Position numbers and translations under genes: made by a program. A stretch of DNA of 64,000 bases. Source: Ophelia neglecta (taxonomy: Eukaryota). Under the pieces are notes generated by a model. That model did no database searches, was not told where the DNA came from, and saw only the letters and a program-made list of their open reading frames with translations. Position 1 is the first letter of the stretch; each line of letters starts with the position of its first letter. This document shows, one piece after another, positions 41,039 to 53,400 of the stretch. Where the stretch lies: contig OZ260663.1 of the NCBI GenBank assembly GCA_965285935.1, positions 89,342,001 to 89,406,000 of the forward strand. The letters run 5' to 3'.

Positions 41039-44000
41039 CTACTCACTTGTTGACTTGCGTATTCCGTACAGGTAAACGCTGCAATTCAGTTTGTTATGAA
41101 ATGGCTTTGTAAAGAATTTTTTGATCAAATTGATCAATTGAATTTATTTTATAAAAACAGTGACTACGTGTTCTATCGGTGATTATATCTGAAATTGCTA
41201 ACGAACCATATCAAGATAGCAGCCATCATCAGCGTCATTGCCATGGTAACGTAGGTTAAGCCGATCCACGCGTTGAGTGACACGGAATAGATAAGATTAA
41301 AAAGCAGGCTGCCAATGACCATTCCCGCCATTTCTACCGATGCCAGCGCCCCAAACATGCGACCTAAAATATATATTATACAAAATAAGCAAGTCTGAAT
41401 CGAAAATAAGTAGGAATTACCAGTTTAACCATGTGAATAGCACCATCAGAAGATTAACACAAACTTGTTACCTGAAGAAACGAGTAGGTACTTTTTGTTA
41501 TCAATAAAATATTCTTGCTATTCAGTTTTCTAACTGATGGATAATACTCTTTCTTTATGATTTCTGTGGCTAGAAAATCACGAAGAATCACCTTGCTGTG
41601 TGGCAGGCACTAATTTAGAAAGAAGAGCACGAACTGTTGGCGAAAGAAGGTATCCGAACATGCCAAAGAATGAAGCTATGTAAAAAAACGAGACACATGA
41701 AAAGTAATTAACGTGAAGTGTTGTCAAATCCAGATATAGCTCAAGGTAAATAACTAGCAGAAATATTACCACTAGAGTTAAACAAATCCAGGGGCCGGTT
41801 GTTAAAAGATTTTTGACTTCAAGCCCTAGTCAGTTTCCATGGATATATGCTCGAGATTTTCACTTTAGGGTTGAGAGAAAATGGCTTAGATTTGGACTTT
41901 GTCAAGTCAGTTGTTGAAAGATTCTTAGACGTAAGACCAGTCTGTTTCAGACAGATTTGCGTATGTTTTGTTTTATCACGACTCCCGTGTAATATTAAGA
42001 AGCTCTCATGCTGAGGGAGAATTATAAGCTCGGGCACGAAGCTGAGGTACCATGCCGAAGTAGTAACTCGCCAATTTACGATGTCAACAACTTCGTCCCA
42101 AAGAAAATCGCGTGCCTAGCTGTCACTGCAATGACCCAGTGCCGCATCAACAGCCGTCGACCACACAACTTTCACCTCACACATCCTGGCTGGTAGAGCA
42201 GAGGAACGGACTAGCAGGCGAACAGGAAGGCGGACACTGTCGCTTACGCATGCGCGGCCCCATCAACAAGAACAAATCGAAGTTCAAGTCAAAAACTCTT
42301 CTTTTGATTTAGACTTCAATAAGTCTCAGTCTGTTTCGTTTATAGCGACTGTCTTAAGACAAAAAAGTCAACTCTGGCAAGTGTAAGAATTTTTTGTGAT
42401 TCAAGTCAGGATCCTTTTAACAACCCGGCACAGGTGCACTTTCAGTTATTACTGAATTTAAAACATATTTATTGTGATAAAATATAAGTGATAAAAATCA
42501 TATTCAACAAATTCACAGATTCTTTTTTATCTCTAATTTGTATACTCACAGCAGAACATCATGATTGTGGAGGTTACGGAAGCTTTGTACAGGTATAAAC
42601 ATATAGCTCCAATAACAGCAATAATGGCGATCGCATGGTCAGATACACATTTCTTGAGAGTGGCAGCTAAAATGATGGCACCAGCGGCCGAAACCCCGGT
42701 GAAAACAGCCGTGTAATAGCCCAGCAGGACAGAGTTCCAACACAGCGGTTTATTCTTGGCGAAATGGGAATAAATCGTGACATAATATATATATGAACGG
42801 ATTTGCAATTGTACCTGCGACAGAAAAACTATTTTTTACCAATAAACCAAACACCTTTTCCTGGTAAAGTGTTTTGGATCGGATACATAGGTAAGATAGT
42901 CGTTCCCAAAGCTATTCTAGATCGGTTAAGGATAAAGAAGCTTGGATACCCGTCAGGAAAAGCTTAACCCTTAATCCAGTCTAGCCCTTTACCTTCACAA
43001 ATAGGGTGTCAATGTTAATTGTCGATATCACCATAGTAACAAATAGGAACGCGCTGGTCAGGATAATTAGCTTCCATCTTTTCCCTTTCCTTATTTCCGC
43101 CTTGTACATGTTCAACAACTCCTTCAGAGAAATAAAACGTTTATGATTGAGACACACACCAATGCTTGAATATTATGCGTTTTATATCAAATAATGATAA
43201 TGAAAATTTGAAACAGGATTGTTCAACGCTAGTGTTTGCACAATATATTCCAGATTATTAATTTACGCCGAACCAAATAGATCCTCTAGACCAGAATTAT
43301 TACCAGCAAATTAAGATGAATTTTCCTATAATTAGAAATATTAACATGAAACGAAATGGATGGCATGTAAGTTATTACGACAAATAAATCAATCGTTTGC
43401 CCATTTAATTAACTATGAGAAAAATTTTGCTTATCTAAACAGCATGTCTAAAAAGGAACAAAGGCATTATCTCACGTTGAATTGTATTGTTGATGCTAGT
43501 GATATCTGTATCAAAAAGGCATATCCGATTTTTTGATGGGCCAAATTTAACACACTGTTTTATTTAGAATAAAAGTCTACAAACCTTGATGTGACTGGTT
43601 GTGAAGAAAGTGGCTTCGGCATCTTTATGCCTGGTCTCCGGAACAAAGAATATAACGTAGATCAAACACGCCATAAAACCACAGAGAACGGCAACATAGG
43701 CATATATGTAGCCAGTTTGTTGTATTAGGTATCCAAGACCTACTGGGGTGAACAGCATGCTGATAACTCCGCACATCTCAATAATAGTTAAACGTACGAT
43801 ACGCTTTTCGGGGGTTGTGACGTCAGCAATGTATGCGGAGCACCCGCCTTTAAGTGTTGTTATGAAACCTCCCAATCCATCCAGTAATGAGCCTACTAGA
43901 AACCACCACACATTGAGGTCAAAAATGACAACCAGTACATAGCAGGTTGCTCTAAGAACAGCACCAGCTAGTGGCAGAATCAACGCCCATTTACGTCCAG

Positions 44001-45148
44001 CTTTATCACTGTACGGTCCCAGAAACATCGACACAGCGAAAGCGGAAACACCTGTTATTGCCATGAGGAAGCCCAAGAACGTCGAAGTTTTAGCCTGTAC
44101 CCTATCCAGAAATTCGGTTAGATTAGTCTGGTTCCCTGCACATCCAGGTGACTCCCCTGGAAGTGACGTTATGTTGTGTCCTTCTTCAGATGCGACAGAC
44201 GCTAAAAACGCGTCGTAGACATACAGCTACACCATAAAAGAAACAAATTTATTAATACAATAAATGTATTTCTGACTCTCGTAGTTAATGTCAAGTCATA
44301 GCCACTAAGGCCTTTATTGTTAGTCTTTACAGACCAGAGCACAAGGGTGAGTGAAATTGCTTATGTCAGGCCTACTGTATAAAATGTTCTAGGAGATACA
44401 ATGTCATATAGCAGTATTTGCTGTGCTGAAAGGGTACCTGAGTAAGATCAGCTGTCAGCAATGTGCCTGGGCCAATTAGAGTCATCCAATCGGAAACCTA
44501 ACTGGAACTACTGTTGAGCAGTCTTTCAAGCAGCTAACCTGGCACAGTGCACGTGGCTTTTATAAATACCATCTCCCACCCACTTCACCTACCTGTTCAC
44601 TTATTATTCCACTTTGCCTAAATTTCATCCAATGTAATCATATACCAGTTGTAGTGGGTTTCCCCCACCTTTGTAAATTTGCAATATGTTATATCACAAG
44701 AATATAACCATCTCAACACAAAGATGTGTTTGTAATGTTTCATTTACAAAGTAAACTCCAAAACGGTTAACACGCAGAGATAGAAATGACATTTACGTTT
44801 ACTGTTAAAGACTTTGTGTATAGGTAAATTTCTATATGTATAAAGTTACACCAAAGTTGGGATTCAAAACAAAATCATCCTCAGTTCACTATTTGTTATT
44901 CAAAATATATTAACACATGTACAAACCTGTGTGGCGAGGGTCATGGGAAAGATACACATTACATATATGGCCATCACGGGCTCCACAATAACAGTTCTCC
45001 GTGGAATAGCTTTGATTGTCTCCCGGCTTCTTTGGGCTTGGGGACTGGCGGTTGAGGCCATATCTCGTCCATTATCACAGACCATTAATGGCCTGGCTTC
45101 AGAGACATTCGTAATATTGTCGTTCAAGTTGTTATTTTTCTGCGACAT
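41039..45148 (-). CDS. MFS transporter, SLC46 family (PCFT/SLC46A3-like), ~492 aa, 7 exons
   Basis: Exons 45148-44927, 44226-43585, 43121-42993, 42754-42550, 41675-41592, 41363-41207, 41078-41039; GT-AG introns, phases 0,0,0,1,1,2; 1479 nt. SLC46 hallmarks: VEP in TM1, Cys in the first luminal loop, GPYSDKAGRK (MFS motif A), SAYIADVT..EKRIVR, FFVPET, PLCW...GYY, RALLSKLV..QQG.MFG. Confidence 0.9.
41792..42430. mobile_element. PIF/Harbinger-like MITE in intron 4 of the SLC46 gene
   Basis: Left end GGGCCGGTTGTTAAAAGATTTTTGACTT and right end AAGTCAGGATCCTTTTAACAACCCGGCA form imperfect ~28-bp TIRs, flanked by a 3-bp CAG duplication (41789-41791, 42431-42433). Confidence 0.65.
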
Positions 45149-46262
45149 AACTGTTTTTGCTGTTGATGATATATTTTTCCAATTCAACAAATATATATAG
45201 TCCAGAATTGTGTCAATTGTGAAACATTCAAAGCTAGTATGTCGTTTATAACAATCCAGTATACATTGCCGTATGCATATATATTCGTTTATATCTGCCA
45301 GGATCTTGAACTTTGAACCGGCCAGGCACTTATCTGCATTTTATGACCAAGCTAGTATATGTCAATATGTAGAGATCAAGTAATCATTAATCCTCAAGCC
45401 ATTTACAAACCAAATGCCCTTAGGGCCTTAAAGGTGTATCCCAACGGAAGCACCGAAAAAAGGCCAATTGAGTTTACTCTTGCGAACGTCTTCTCCAATA
45501 CTCTTGCTATTCTGATATGTGAAATGACAGCAAGTTGATCAGTTTTACCGCAACTTTTCAGTAGTAACCCCCCTCCATTGGGGTCATAGCCTTACAGATT
45601 GACGGGTTTCGATAAATCTAATCTTCCTTATCAGTGATCAACCAAGTTATCTCCTTAAACCAGACCAGGGTCCGAAACCGACCAAGATACAATTAACACA
45701 GCAAACGTTCAATGCGTTTTAATTAGGTCAAATCACTGGAGCGTCTATGTTATAGATAGAGTACCACCTGTCGTGGATTACGGATTTGATTAGCTCCAAG
45801 GCCGTCAGTTGATTAGCTTCAAGGCCGAAGGCCGCGGAACAAAGCTACTGACGGCCGCGTTTGGCTTTGATGAAGAATGGTTATCCCAAATAATTGTTGA
45901 TTTAAATGACATGGATAATGATGCAGGCATTCAATCAAGTCCGGGGGAACCAGGCAGGTGCACTGTTTCATAGTTTCGAGCCACTAGCCCCAAAACAGAA
46001 GTACGTGTGTTAAAGGCATAATTCACTCACCTATACACCTATTTAACGGTTTTGGTTCTAAGGAATTAAACGTTTGATATGACAAATATGTTGGTCCATT
46101 TCGTTTATTACATTCATTTGATATCACATTTCATTGACATAGGAATGATAATATACGTCTGCATGTAGTTGGTGAGTTCCATTTAATAATGACAGTAATC
46201 CCTTCATATTTAATTATTTTACTTTTTTTTCTTGCATACTTTGTTTCCTTTATAGAGGTGCA

Positions 46263-46334
46263 TATCTAGTCAGGCATGAGTGAACCAGTAGATTATTTCA
46301 ATAATCTCCTATGTTCACTCATGCTTGAAAGATA
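46263..46334. other. Compact ~70-nt near-perfect hairpin
   Basis: TCAGGCATGAGTGAAC pairs with GTTCACTCATGCTTGA (one G:U on the + strand); inner AGATTATT pairs with AATAATCT. Confidence 0.6.
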
Positions 46335-47308
46335 GTCTCCGGTAAGGCCATTGTTCGCGCGTCAAAGTGTCACAATATCTGACACATGAGCTTATGTAGT
46401 CTCCTACTGCAAACACTAGAACCGTATACTAAAGAGTATAAAGCTTACCAGGCGCTACCACAGCAGCGGAGCATATGTATAGGTAGCCTCGGGCATTTAC
46501 TGTGGTCCAGATTGCAAACTAGGGGGACCAATTTTGTGAAGTTACATAATAAGGTCTAGGTTCAGCATATCTCAACTCTCATCCCTCTCTATTCGCACAA
46601 GTTTTCCGTGAACGATATTCTGCTGCGGGTACTGTGGGGAAGTGAGGTTCTAATGTAGCAAGTAACTGCCAACAGGACAGCATTCCTGTATACCCCCCTT
46701 TGCTGCGCTGCTTTGGTATCACCATGCAAGCTGAAATAGCTTGTTGACAATCCCCCCCCCCCCACACACACACACACACCCCACACCCGAAGTTTCGCAG
46801 TATATTCGACATATCGTACTTCCTCCATTTTGTCCCCGATCATGCGTTTTTTATTCATGCCACAAGACCGGCGATATCAGCTACCGAGTATTTAAAGTGC
46901 AATTATCAACGATCTGAAGATGGGGGGGGGGGGGGGGGGGCAGCAAAAATAAAAAAATAGCGAGAATGTTTTAAAAGAAAGCCTATTGTTCTGTTTTGAT
47001 TACTATACTATTGCCGTCAGATTGATATTTTTGAACCTGATGATTTCAGGCCGATTTTAATGGTCTATATTTGAGTAATGATTTCCCTTTATCTACCGGA
47101 CATCCACTCCCGTATCTGAATGGTAACATAACATTATCTAATTTCTTTCCCTTATAAAAACTTTATAATGAATATAACCCAAAACTATATGATCCACACA
47201 ATTCATGACTAGTCAAGTGTTTACGCACAATTCATGACCAAACAAATGGTTAAATCTAGTCCTCCATCATGTGCGCAAAAGCAAGTCATGTACTGCCTAG
47301 GTCTCTGA

Positions 47309-47955
47309 TCATGACGCTAGTAATTCCGACTTCAAGACTGTTCCATAAAGCAATTCACTTTCTAAGTCGCGTATTCGCAATCCTAAATATAAAATGACTT
47401 GGTATTTGTCAATCAGCAATAGTAAATATTCAAATGACTGCATCACTATAAGCTGTTAATAATCTAATAATCACTGGCTTGTCAATGTTCTTCCATGTAC
47501 GTATTTTATTAATTGGCAACCTACCCAATCAAGATGGCGGCGACGAGCATTACCAATGCCATGATAAGATAAGTAAAACCACTCGCAATCTGGAGCGTTT
47601 CATCGTAGACAGAGTTAAAGATTGTCACTCCCAAGACCAGTTCTACAATTTCTACTGCCACGAGGACCCCGAAGAGACGACCTGACACATAATTATATGT
47701 GCATTGAACTTAACAATATCATGGCATGAATATGAAACTTTGCACATGGGTGGTATCATCGACACATAACCTAAACAGTTTTTCTGTTTTGATGCCAATA
47801 GATCGGTTGTCTTCAGAATTCAATTCCCGATTTTTTTCTCTTATAATCTTATAATATTCCTTTCATGTTACCTTGATCATTTACGGACACCAGTTTAGAA
47901 AGTATAGCTCGAATCGACGGCGCAAGTAGAAAGCCAAACATACCTAACGTTGCAG
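47309..47955 (-). pseudogene. 5'-truncated SLC46 paralog (exons 5-7 only; last exon frameshifted)
   Basis: 47955-47872 (84 nt; ATLGMFGFLLAPSIRAILSKLVSVNDQG) and 47681-47525 (157 nt; GRLFGVLVAVEIVELVLGVTIFNSVYDETLQIASGFTYLIMALVMLVAAILIG) match exons 5 and 6 of the neighbouring gene in length and phase, with canonical splice sites. Exon 7 (47382-47309) lacks ~8 nt relative to the neighbour. Exons 1-4 not found. Confidence 0.82.
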
Positions 47956-48943
47956 CTATGTAAGCAATAAAAACAAGGGAGTAACACAAAATGGAAAGTC
48001 CTCCTCATTACTTACATTTCAAAACATGGATATGTGCAAACTAACCGTTATGTCGACAGTTGCTATATATTTTTAAAATAATGTAAATCAATGAATGGAG
48101 CCTCAAGCAATGACCCAACATATAAACTACTGAGACCGGATTTCAGTGTATGGATTAACATAATATCCTCACTTCCTACTTATATATTTGCCCTTTTGCT
48201 TACAACTGACACTTGGGAGACGGAATCCCATCCCTCTAGTGTATAATACCAAACACAGCTTAAGTAACATTAAAAAATACATAACACAACCCAGGAATTT
48301 AGCGATGAACACAGAACTCTCTATATAGAAATTTAAACTAGGTCCCAACTAACACGTTTTGCCCGGCTTCACTGCATCTGTTGCAAGTATTTGTCTGAAT
48401 CTATATTTGCCTACTCATTGTTAAAGGAGCTGAATGTCACCTTTGGCCCTTTGGATATTTCTCTAATTTTGACTGAACCGCTTTAATAGTAATATACGTA
48501 TGTTAAAGGTTTCAAAATTCAGCAAAACCAGTTGAGTATCGTTATTACATTGAACTGGATTCAGTGTGTCACCATGTCTGGGGCCATTTGCTGTCTTCTG
48601 GTTTATTTTGTAGCTCTGCATGCTTTTGATGGCAACTACTTAAAGCCTGCAGAAGTTTTGTGCGTAAACTACTCTATCCAAGGCAAAACAATATGTGATT
48701 TTGCGAAGCCCAGGACGTATGCAGATTTCCTCAAAGAATTAAGAGAGGAAAATGTTGAAAGCTGCAAGTCTCTGAAAGAAGTTAATAGTATAGTCGATTA
48801 GTTCAAAGATAACGAGACAGTATTTGCAGAAAAAAAAATCTGTGATTAGTTATGATTCTATTGTTCGCTATTGTCCCTGTATGGTTGACTTCACAGAGCG
48901 ACCTAGTTATTAGATCATTTAGATTAATATACTTCATTGAAAA

Positions 48944-49223
48944 GGTCAACGAGCTACGACCGTTAATGCCGAAACAAACATGTCAAAGTATGGGGTCAGA
49001 GATGTATCGGAACTATTAACCGTGGAAGTTCCTTTGATAAGTATCGCTATCTAGGTGGGTGGATATATTTCATTCTAAATATGGGTCAACGAGCTACGAC
49101 CGTAAATGCCGAAACAAACATGTCAAAGTATGGGGCCAGAGATGTATCGGAACTATTAACCGTGGAAGTTCCTTTGATACGTATCGCTATCTAGGTGGGT
49201 GGATATATTTCATTCTAAATATG
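48944..49223. repeat. Recent tandem duplication, 2 x 140 bp
   Basis: Units start GGTCAACGAGCTACGACCG at 48944 and 49084; about 3 substitutions between copies. Confidence 0.92.
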
Positions 49224-50437
49224 TATGTTAAATGTTTCCTTTTGCCACTGAACCCTAGTGGATTGTGTGATAGAAAAGAACATACAAGTAAAACTTCTCA
49301 TATTAACTTGTTCATCATTCTATCCTTGAATGTATCAATATTACAGTATTTTGTGTTTTATGTTTAACCAACTGCACAACTTTTTAATTGGTAGCGGACA
49401 GTCAAGTTGTAGCAAAAAAGGTTCAATTAAAAGCAGAATGCACCTTGCTAATCTACCAGTCAAACAATCTCATTGGTTATTGATGAAACATCAGACTTCC
49501 CTTATTTTTATTTTTATTTATAAAAGATAAATCGGTATTATAATATTACATGTTAAAAGTTCAATGCTTTAAAAAAGTCTATCATATCTCACTTAACTAC
49601 ATTGTGAGCAACACACATGGTTCAGTTAATTATTGCACAGAACCGTCATAATGGTACGACCATTAAGTTCCTTTCAGTAGTTATCAATTTTAAGGTATAA
49701 ACAAGCATTGGTGACGATTGTGGTGTTGCATTATAAAATACTACTATTGCTACTAAGTCACAAATGTATCACGTTAACTATAGAGATGTTCTTTTCAATA
49801 AAACAAAATGCCAGTCGGAAACATTATAAGTATATAATATAGATACATAAAGCACACGCTATCAAACTTTTTACGATTGAAATAAATATACAACAGCAAT
49901 AATAGTTAAGTTTCAGGTATATGTAAAAATGGTTTCGCTTGTTGAAATTTCTTTCGTAAATTTCCATCAGTTATCAGTTATCATCAAACATTTAAATACT
50001 GACATTGTCTTGTTGAGTCTTTGTCTATATAATGTATGAACATGCAACAAAGCGAATACTATATGTTACCTACTGATATACATGGTTATTCAAACTAACT
50101 GTATGAAGTGTAACCAAAAGTTTATATGCGTGTTATTGTGTGGCCAGCTCGGAGGACGAAACTGATTACTCCATAACTCCACAAGTGACCTGTTCTTTTC
50201 CATGTCTACTGAATCAGTGTAAGTCTCCGGAAGTAAACACAAAGCGGTTAAGTTTCTCGCCAATGATAATTATCTTGTCTCCAAATAACAAGATAAACTA
50301 TTATAATGTTTGTATCAAAATCTAAGAATCCACAATAGATAACTTTGTTCAATAGTACCAGTTTTGCCGAAATAGACTTCCAAATTGAACTTTGAATTAT
50401 GTTCAACCAAAAAATCAGAAGCCCCCACTGACATATG

Positions 50438-53400
50438 CTAGAAGGTTGCAGGTATGTATAAAACACCGGGTCCTTCATGCCCTACCAGCCTCTCTGGAGT
50501 CTGTAGAATTCTAATCTCATGGACCTTTGTCGGTCTACAAAGAAAATTATATCTTTTACAAAAATGATCATTACTAATTTTTACGGGTTTTCAATTAGCA
50601 ACATGTATTTGGTCGAAGCTCATTGATGATGATATTGATTAACATATATGTAATATAAGCACAAAAGAATGAATGATAATAACTCATGAATTTGTAAATA
50701 CCTTTTAGTCACAACCAGAGCAATAACGATGATAATCACAACCAGCAATAGGGTACATAGCACAATGAGAATGATCATCCAGGCCTTTAACCCGTTTTCA
50801 GAGGTTCTATTGCCTATATTATTGCCCGTCTGTAGATGAATGTCGAGACCATATTCATTATACTTTAGATATATAAAACCTATGGTTTGTGGTAAACATA
50901 TTAAGTTAAATATCCAGTGAACAAATATAATCAATTGTTCAATGTCCGACCGATAATAGCGATTCTCAATGTTGCCATTCCAAATTTTTTTGTTCTTTCT
51001 ACGGATGCGCTGTTTGCCTTGGTTAGTATCCCATATCACCGACTAAATATATCGAACGTTTTAGAAGATACGTTCCGAATGGTCTTAAATATATTTGCAA
51101 AATATTCTCACAATTATTTATTAACCACTTTTGGAAGATATGAACGTAAATTTATATACTCGCCGATGCAGTGGTTAAAACATCTCCGATTCTATTGGCA
51201 GGGAACACTGCACTGATTGTAACGTTAACAGAAATTCCAAACGATGACATAACTGCTTCTTCCAAGGTGAATGCGAGTTCAGATGTCGTGCTTGTAAAAG
51301 AAGCAAGGTAATGACATAAACTCTGTTATGCTTACCAGTAAATACGATATTACTTACGAATATCCGTGAATTTAAAGTCTAATCTAATAAAGGTATATAA
51401 TTGGTGCATATGGCATAGCCATCAACATGACTCACTTGCTGGATTGGATGATAAGTTGGAATACAGTCGGACTGAGAATAATATCCTCGGTAGCGCTGTA
51501 TTCGACGGCCCTTCTTCGTCTATGATTGTCCACCTTAGCTGCCTTACACAATGCATTGTCCTTGGATGTCACCGCCACTAATATCGTGTCAATAGATACC
51601 ATGTCTGGGTTACGAGGGTAGTATTCCGCTTGTTGCACTCCGGTCTTATCAATATATTTCTTACTAACAAGGGGCCTACATTGTGGACAAAGAAACAATA
51701 TACAAGCCATTATCACAGGTGTCCGTCTCATACAGTGATTCAAGTCTGATTTGGCCAATTTCTATAACACAAACATAAACAACTCAAGTCGTTTCGTCGC
51801 AGGTTAAACAGAATCGTCAATCAGCAATATCATTTACATAAGTTCGCAATCACCAGGAAAAGCGCCAGCCGCATGCGCACAATAGTCAATGCTCGGTTCT
51901 TAACTGTAAATAAGCTTGCAACAAAATCAATAAGTTTGGTATCACTTACAACCGGAACAGGTAATAATTGACCTTGATGTCAGTGAGTCAGAGCATAAAA
52001 TAGAGAAACAGTGGGATCATAGGCCATAGATGAAATAAGCGATAGAATAATCTAAAATTGTTTAAGCGCACTCTTAAATGTGAGACTAAAGCTGTATTTT
52101 TCTTCGTGTGCTAAGGCCGTTATTTTCAATGGGTTGGTGTACGAACAAATCATTAGGAAAGACGAAGGAGACAAGTATAAAATAAATTAGAAACAAATAA
52201 CACAGTGGGACAAAAATACAAATAAAAATACACGTTTTGGGATCATCATCCTGAGCAGGAAAATATGAAAATGGTGATTTCCAATTTAAATCTTATTCCA
52301 ATCACAATACACAATGGAATTGACCAGGCCGGTCTGGTAAACCAGCATATAAAACATGATGGGCTAAATTGTTAAACACGTAAAGTGAATTACGCCATAG
52401 ATGTGACTGAAAATGTGCAGTTGCGTCTGAAAATGAAATGTGTTATATATGCAATAACCGATCTATGGACAACCCAGTCAAGGCAATGACGATAGTTCGA
52501 ACTTAAACTTTAGATACAATACACCTCATTACATACGAACTATAGAAAACCTTTTGAATATCGAACATAACCGTTTGTTTACCTGTAGCTGGTGGTGATA
52601 TCACAACATGCCCTAACGTTCCCTGTGTTAGTGTTACAGTATGAGTTGATCTTATCGCTTAGAACTTCTTGAAATTGTCCAAAAACGGCATCAAACTGGA
52701 GAAGAAAATGCAGCAGTTTCAGGTAGTGTCAGTTGAAATAATATTCGAAAATAATATCTGGGTCACATTTATATCCCTACGATAAAACAAATTCTGCTTT
52801 AGCTTTGTCCTACTTACAGAAATTTAATGACTACTAAATAAACACGGAGGGCGGGATATTTCACGGATATTTTTGGCAGATCTAAAGCATAATATATAGG
52901 AATTGGTTATTAGAAATCATTCAGGGATTCATATTGTGCTTGATAAGAAGGTTAGGGTCTTCGTTGTTCGTGTATAGTGGTGTGTAGGGTATGGGTGTTA
53001 AGGGTATGAGTGTGGGGTTGGGGAGGGGGGGGGGGGTAAAACTGTCTGCTGTATTAGCCATACTCCCACCTGCGTAATGGAGATGCCGTGCATTTGGACG
53101 TAAACACCGTAGAAGAACTCCACCTCAGTTACTGAAAGAGTAATGGTACGAATTAACACACCGGCACAATTATATTTATATCTAACATTACCTATCCAGT
53201 CCAGTCAGGGAATTAACAATAGAATAGGAGCTTGGGTAGATATGCCAACTAATATCAATCGACCTAGTTGTTTAGTGACGTAACCAGGCCATTTCACGAA
53301 AGGCTTCACAGTAGCTGCTTGGCAGTTATATTGGCATATGGGTTAAACAGCTCTAAATCTAAACAGCTCCGGCTATACAGGTGTCATATTGAACACTGAT

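Noticed and set aside
48532-48801. 89-aa plus-strand ORF, possible transposase remnant or secreted peptide
   Set aside because: No diagnostic motif or gene structure.
48944-49223. Direct repeats considered as CRISPR or LTR
   Set aside because: Only two abutting units with no spacers, no TG...CA ends or PBS; eukaryotic context.
52394-52426. 33-nt phase-2 symmetric micro-exon candidate in the EGF gene ([10 protein letters not shown])
   Set aside because: Not needed for frame and the donor is weak; cannot be supported without transcripts.
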